Shown in pieces: positions 35,151 to 40,432 of a stretch of DNA of 40,432 nt; positions within the stretch are counted from its first letter, which is position 1; every line of letters starts with the position of its first letter. Source of the DNA: Squatina squatina. Lineage: Eukaryota. The stretch covers positions 1,013,558 to 1,053,989 of the forward strand of contig JARFOE010000001.1 in NCBI GenBank assembly GCA_031763465.1. Direction: 5' to 3'. Under the pieces are notes generated by a model. That model had not been told where the DNA came from and did not search any database. It worked only from the letters and a program-made list of their open reading frames with translations. The position numbers were made by a program, and so were the translations under genes.

Positions 35151-36949
35151 TTGCTTTGTGCCATGTGTGGTTAAGCAGACTTCGCCGCCATCGCAAAAGT
35201 GACTGCTGCGTCCGGGTCCTGCAAAGGTGCTCAGCACTGGGACCTTGGAGTCTCTTGTTCAAAGGATAAATTATATCCAACTGGGGCTGCGCCGTGTTGC
35301 GGACAGTGAGAATTGGAGAGGTGCTCGGCGCTGAACCGAGCTTGAGTGAGATTGTATCAGCGCAGGTGGCAGGTTCCTCTCCATTGGCACAGGGCTGCCT
35401 CTGTGCATCAGGCCCAGCGCTAGACTCACTACAGAGACGACATCTTCATGCTTCAACCCCAGGGAGCGGTAGCTGAAAGATTTCTGTCTGTGGTTGGGCC
35501 CAGAGTGTGAGACCAACGCCGTGTTTTCATCTCTGTGACCCAGCCCAGGCAGCCTTGGCCAAAAGTCTGAGCCTTTGTGGAGGAGGCTGTGATCAACAAC
35601 AAGCGGGCCTTTCAACTCGGTGACTTCAGCTTAGAGCTAGCACAGGGAGCACTGGAGAGAGACAGGGTGAGAGAAAGGGAGANNNNNNNNNNNNNNNNNN
35701 NNNNNNNNNNNNNNNNNNNNNNNNNNNNNNNNNNNNNNNNNNNNNNNNNNNNNNNNNNNNNNNNNNNNNNNNNNNNNNNNNNTGAATCAGCACCTTCATT
35801 ATCACCATTAAATAAACTAAAAATTAAAATTGAGGATGGCAAATAAGATTCATGTTTTTCATAATTAGATACACGACCTTCACATAACATCAGACAGGGA
35901 ATTAACCACAGGAGAGAGCAGGGGAGAGGTTTGGAGGAGGTGAGGAACACTTTCTCCTTTGACAGTCACAGGATCGCGGACCTGCATAAATCACATTTGT
36001 ATTGAGAAAAGTTCCTGAATATGTATGCAGGTCCTACAGAGGCGAGGAACAGCCTTGGCACTAAATGTAATAGTGCAACAATGTGTGCTTCGAACCATTG
36101 CAAATCTGGCCTTTTTCAGTAGGTTAATGTCCACTGCCTCAGCCAATTTGGTTGCTCAATCTGATTAATCCATCTACTAATGTAATGAGTTAAGTGAGCA
36201 ACTGCTACAGGGTGGAGTTGAATGCTGAATCGATGCAGTTATTTTGAGAACTGGCCCATACGTTATCTTTGAAGGATGCATTAATCCTTTTCTTAGAGCA
36301 GCCTCTGACCTTCCTTTGAAGATTTTCCTTTCGGAATGAATCCTTTCACTGGTCAGTTCTGTTCAAGTGGATTATCTGAGAACAGCACTTACTGTGAATG
36401 AGCTTGGAACTGTACTTCGCTTTGTTAATCGCTGGCAATTATCTTGAAATTGGAATCCTGATTGAACTGCATCCGTTTCATTGAGGAAAATAGCAAAATA
36501 TTTAGATCCATCAGTTCACTGTCACATAGCTGCACTGGAGAGCTCATCTGTGTTTTGTACCACTTTCCAAAAATGTCTACCACTGGAGGATCTGGCATAG
36601 ACATGCCTAGTCATCTGATGAACACATGCCCATCTTGCATCCTGGTTGATATTAGAGATCTCCTATAGCTGCCTTAAATGACCCGGTGCCATAAAAGCTG
36701 AGTGTGGTGGCACCTTCAAAGTCACAGAGAGAGCTGTGCAGGCAGATGACCAGGCCTGCAGATCCTCATTCAGTTGGTGGCACAGGTTCCCTATTACATC
36801 TTCTAATACACATCTCCTCACTAAGGTCCTCATTGGACCTGTGTTGCCTGTATATTCTTTGAGAGGGGGTAATATGGGTGGAGTGCTTCCTGCTTAAATG
36901 ATGCCCACTCCACTTTCCTCCATTCTCCTCCTCCTCCATGGTAATGCAA

Positions 36950-37209
36950 AACTGTGGCAAATGGACTTCAACTCAAGTAAATGGAGCAAAGAAAGATGGA
37001 TCCAAGTATTATTTAAATGGTGAAAAGCTAGGAACAGTGGAGGTCCAAAGAGATTTATAGGTTCATGTATGCAGATCAGTAAAATGTAGTAGTCCGGTAC
37101 CAAAAATAATCAAAAAGAATGTTAGCCTTTATAACTCAAGGGTTAATATAAAAAAGAGGAGGAAGGTTTGCTACAGCTATACAAAGCCCTGATTAAACCA
37201 CATCTGGAG
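36950..37209 (+). mobile_element. CR1 ORF2 fragment
   Basis: WQMDFN, YYLNGEKLGTVEVQRDL, LLQLYKALIKPHLE. Confidence 0.88.
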
Positions 37210-37309
37210 NNNNNNNNNNNNNNNNNNNNNNNNNNNNNNNNNNNNNNNNNNNNNNNNNNNNNNNNNNNNNNNNNNNNNNNNNNNNNNNNNNNNNNNNNNN
37301 NNNNNNNNN

Positions 37310-37525
37310 AAGAGTTGGGAGAAAAAAAACTTCATTCAGTCCGCTCGGCAGCAGAGCAAACTTCCAGGGCAGAGCAGGAGCAGGAATCAGGATCTGGACC
37401 AGGACAATTCAGGAACAGCCCAGGGGCAGCACGGCACGGCATCTCACCCCGCTCCAAGGCTTACACCCACCTTGCACAAAGTGCTCTGAGGGATTATTCC
37501 TTTAAAAAAAAATCAACCAAGAGAA
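37310..37525 (+). promoter_or_regulatory. Probable 5' UTR or proximal promoter of NRG1 type I (upstream part lost in gap 37210-37309)
   Basis: ATG-free, non-repetitive stretch directly before the start codon; in-frame TGA at 37487-37489. Confidence 0.6.
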
Positions 37526-37613
37526 ATGCGCGAAAAGAAACAGAGGGGGAAAGGCAAAGGCAAAGGGAAGAAGGGCAGAAAAGGAGCGAGTGCCAAGGAA
37601 GAAGTTACAACAG
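37526..37613 (+). CDS. NRG1: Neuregulin-1 type I first coding exon (basic N-terminus), 88 nt, phase 1
   Basis: MREKKQRGKGKGKGKKGRKGASAKEEVTT then G|GTAAAA. Resembles human heregulin MSERKEGRGKGKGKKKERGSGKK. Purine at -3, upstream in-frame stop, and G+CT forms an in-frame Ala with the Ig exon. Confidence 0.87.
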
Positions 37614-38224
37614 GTAAAAAGTAGGGAAACTTTGGGGAACTTTTCCTCTTACTGAATCCCGGGCTGTCATTGAGAAAGTTTAAGCCCCTGCGGTTTCTTG
37701 AAGTGAGGGGGACCCTCTCCCACCTACTCTGGAGTGGCAAAACTTTTCCTAAAGTTGAATTCTTCTTTTTTCCATCGAACTATTTTGACCGGGACATTTC
37801 CTCAGGCTCGTGAGTCGAACTGACTTTCTGTTTCGAGTTTTATTCTTGCTTTTTTTTTAAAAAAAATCTGATGGTCCGCTCATTGATGCTGTAAAGAAGG
37901 GGTCTGGGTGGTGGGCTTTGAACTCTTGTCGCTGCTCAGCCGTTGGCAGTGGCTGGGATGCCAGGACCTGATGCCCTGAGCCCAGCCGGCGGTGAGCACT
38001 TGTACCTGGAGCCCTGGAATTGCAGCTCTCGGCGTCCTGACCGTCACCAGCCTTTTAAGACGTCTCGATGGCTCCCTCTGCTGGACCCTGACACCTCCCC
38101 TTCTCCTCTCCTTGACTTTCCACTNNNNNNNNNNNNNNNNNNNNNNNNNNNNNNNNNNNNNNNNNNNNNNNNNNNNNNNNNNNNNNNNNNNNNNNNNNNN
38201 NNNNNNNNNNNNNNNNNNNNNNNN

Positions 38225-38298
38225 ATGATCATATTGAATGGCGGTGCAGGCTCGAAGGGCCTAATGGCCTACTCCTGCACCTATTTTCTATGTTTCTA
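38225..38298 (+). mobile_element. Young CR1 3' tail in NRG1 intron
   Basis: ...ggctcgaagggcctaatggcctactcctgcacctattttctatgtttcta, ending in the CR1-type TTCTATGT repeat. Confidence 0.88.
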
Positions 38299-38397
38299 CA
38301 TCCATTGGTAGTTCTTTTTTTGATAAAACAGGTTGATAGGGTGGCGCGTGTGTGTGTTTAGAATTACGATGGTAATCAATTTCTCTATCATTTTAAA

Positions 38398-38849
38398 GTG
38401 TCAGCCGCGGCTCAGTTGGTAGTTCTCTCACCTCTGAGTCAGAAGGCTGTGGGTTCAAGTCCCACTCCAGAGACTTGAGTGCATCAATCTAGGCTGACAC
38501 TCCAGTGCAGTGCTGAGCGAGAGCTGCACAGTCGGAGGTGCCGTTTTTTGGATGAGACGTTGAACCGAGGCCTCATCTGCTCTCTCCGGTGGATGTAAAA
38601 GATTCCGTGGCACTATTTTGAAGAAGAACAGGGGAGTTATCCCCGGTGCTCTGGTCAATATTTATCCCTTAATCAACATAACATAAACAGATTCTCTGGT
38701 CATTATCACATTGCTGTATGTGGGAGCTTGCTGTGCGCAATTGGCTACTGCATTTACAACAGTGACTACACTTCAAAAGTATTTCATTGACTGTAAAGCA
38801 CTTTGGGACGTCATGAAAGGCGCTATATAAATGCAAGTCTTCCTTTCTT
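38398..38849 (+). mobile_element. Full-length DeuSINE (SacSINE1-like)
   Basis: A-box CGGCTCAGTTGG (38408-38419), B-box GGTTCAAGTCC (38452-38462), Deu domain gtcggaggtgccgttttttggatgagacgttgaaccgagg...tggcactattttgaagaagaacaggggagttatccccggtg, LINE-type tail ggcgctatataaatgcaagtctt. Confidence 0.9.
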
Positions 38850-39214
38850 ACAAGTGGTGCGGATTAGCGTGCACCATGAACACAGCACCAAAGCAAGCTA
38901 ACCCCTGCCGCCTGATAACAGAGCCTCATCCCATCAGCCTGGGCTGAATTCAAAGGCCTGTTCCCAGAGGTCAGAAGCTAGGGCGCTAACCCACCATTCA
39001 GCTAGTTCCTAACTTGATGTGTTTTCTTCCCGACCCCACTGCCATCTGGTTTCAGTCAATATTTGTCATCGTCAACAGAAATCGGCTCATCACTTATTTA
39101 AGGTTTAAAGACATTCTGTCAACGCCAGTTGCAGTATTTATTGATCTCTGGTGAGGCACATCAACCCATTGGCACAGGTTCCTTCTGCTGGGCCCGTATG
39201 TCTGTTTTCTTTCC

Positions 39215-39380
39215 GTGCTCCATATCTCCAATTTTCTGTCCAGGTGTTGAGTCCTTGCTAAGGTACAATTGTCCAGCTGCTGGATGCCCTACACAAGTAC
39301 TATTCTTTGCTTGTGAGTCTTGACAATGAGTGTCGGCAAGATATTCAGCTGTGGAAAGCATTACAACCAAGACCAAAACC
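39215..39380 (-). mobile_element. AmnSINE2-like SINE 3' part
   Basis: ccaattttct...gtgttgagtccttgct...gtgagtcttgacaatgagtgtcggcaagatattc, collinear with 30695-30830. Confidence 0.5.
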
Positions 39381-39559
39381 AAAGCTGACATTTGCACATG
39401 TGCTTTNNNNNNNNNNNNNNNNNNNNNNNNNNNNNNNNNNNNNNNNNNNNNNNNNNNNNNNNNNNNNNNNNNNNNNNNNNNNNNNNNNNNNNNNNNNNNN
39501 NNNNNNAGGCTGCCATACAGACCCTACAATAGGCCTTGTGTTACTCCAGCCAGTTTAAT

Positions 39560-39607
39560 GTAATGAACAGGCTTGTGGGACTGAATGGACTACCCCTGTT
39601 GCTATGA
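39560..39607 (+). mobile_element. Old CR1 3' tail remnant
   Basis: gaacaggcttgtgggactgaatggactacccctgttgctatg. Confidence 0.55.
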
Positions 39608-39681
39608 TAGCCATGTTATTTTTTTTCTCTCTCTGGAAACAGCTGATTAACTCATGGTCTTCTTCCTCTTTTACCTCGCAG

Positions 39682-39862
39682 CTTCAGCTCCAAAGATAAA
39701 ACCACTGAAGAGTGACGTGGTGGTGAACGAGGGGAAGAAGCTCGTATTGAGATGTGAAGCCATTTCAGGATATCCGCAGCCCACCTTCAAATGGTATAAG
39801 GATGGCAAAGAGCTGATCGGCAATAAAAAATCCAAAGAAATCAGGATTAAGAAAAAGAAAAG
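39682..39862 (+). CDS. NRG1: Neuregulin-1 first Ig-domain exon, 181 nt, phase 1 to phase 2
   Basis: Acceptor tcttcttcctcttttacctcgcAG (39680-39681), donor AG|GTAAGT (39863-39868). (A)SAPKIKPLKSDVVVNEGKKLVLRCEAISGYPQPTFKWYKDGKELIGNKKSKEIRIKKKK(R) has the Ig B-strand Cys and C-strand Trp and the KLVLRCE and FKW motifs of NRG1. Confidence 0.92.
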
Positions 39863-40014
39863 GTAAGTCCAATTCTGAAGTTGATATCTTTCTGGGATTT
39901 CTGCTGCCTCAGCAGTTATTTAATCAGATTTATCACTTGTTCAAAGGGGCAGTGTCTTCATATTAGCTATTTTCTCATTTAACTATAAATACACATCTCT
40001 TGGGTACAATAGTA

Positions 40015-40285
40015 TGGTCCTGGATTAATAACCTGGGGGTTATAAATTCAAATCCCACCGTGGCGAGTTGCATAATAGAATTGAACACATGCGGTAATTT
40101 GTGGGCTGCTACCTGGAAGGCTTCAGGTCTGAGGTGAAAATCCAACTGCTTCGCTAATGTCCGTTACTGAGGTAACTCTGTTCAACACCCAAATCCTGTC
40201 CCACTCTCTGGAGGTGATCCAGAGACAATGAGGGATGGGCAATAAATATGGCCCTGCTGGTGTTGTCCGCATCTCAAGAACAAAC
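40015..40285 (+). mobile_element. Decayed copy of the third SINE family
   Basis: aattcaaatcccacc (B-box-like), aactgcttcgctaatgtcc, tail gggatgggcaataaat...cgcatctcaagaac; matches reverse complement of 26858-27208. Confidence 0.55.
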
Positions 40286-40432
40286 AGAAACATGAACTGA
40301 AATGTGTCGCTTGTGTGACTTCGCCACGACGGAAATATTGCGTGGCTCAAATCTTGGCGATAATAGCCCTTTTAGAGAGATCAGGCTTACTTGCTACTTC
40401 CAAAAGTCTCTGCACTCGCTGGTAGATTGTGC

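Larger units (their letters stand above)
2354..39506. other. 25 assembly gaps of about 100 N (fixed-size placeholders, unknown true length)
   Basis: e.g. 2354-2453, 5389-5488, 8025-8124, 37210-37309, 38125-38224, 39407-39506. Most abut LINE, SINE or satellite sequence. Confidence 0.97.

Noticed and set aside
37168-37617. 149-aa ORF
   Set aside because: Chimera of a CR1 fragment, an N gap and the wrong frame of the NRG1 first exon.
38398-38475. tRNA gene
   Set aside because: It is the tRNA-derived head of a SINE continuing into the Deu domain.
39654-39681. MVFFLFYLA as N-terminus or signal peptide of the Ig ORF
   Set aside because: It is the intronic polypyrimidine tract read in frame; the exon starts at 39682.

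Overview
Eukaryotic genomic DNA, most likely from a cartilaginous fish (shark-like): it is dominated by decayed CR1, L2, RTE and Penelope retroelement fragments and tRNA-derived SINEs, and is broken by 25 gaps of about 100 N, so true distances are unknown. Three real coding exons sit on the + strand, and two of them are absent from the ORF track. (1) A 102-bp internal exon at 875-976 matches the Zn-binding region of the Werner helicase WRN ([33 protein letters not shown]). (2) A type I (heregulin-like) first coding exon of neuregulin-1 lies at 37526-37613 (MREKKQRGKGKGKGKKGRKGASAKEEVTT). (3) The first Ig-domain exon of NRG1 lies at 39682-39862 and splices in frame to (2). The WRN-then-NRG1 order matches human 8p12. 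The most unusual element is a Penelope reverse-transcriptase relic whose catalytic motif-A codons have been amplified into an in-frame 24-bp minisatellite (14234-14425). There is also a 2.5-kb 16-bp satellite, two more minisatellites and a candidate solo LTR. I see no convincing new multi-gene system; most listed ORFs are artefacts of repeats or N gaps. Homology calls rest on remembered sequences, not database searches.
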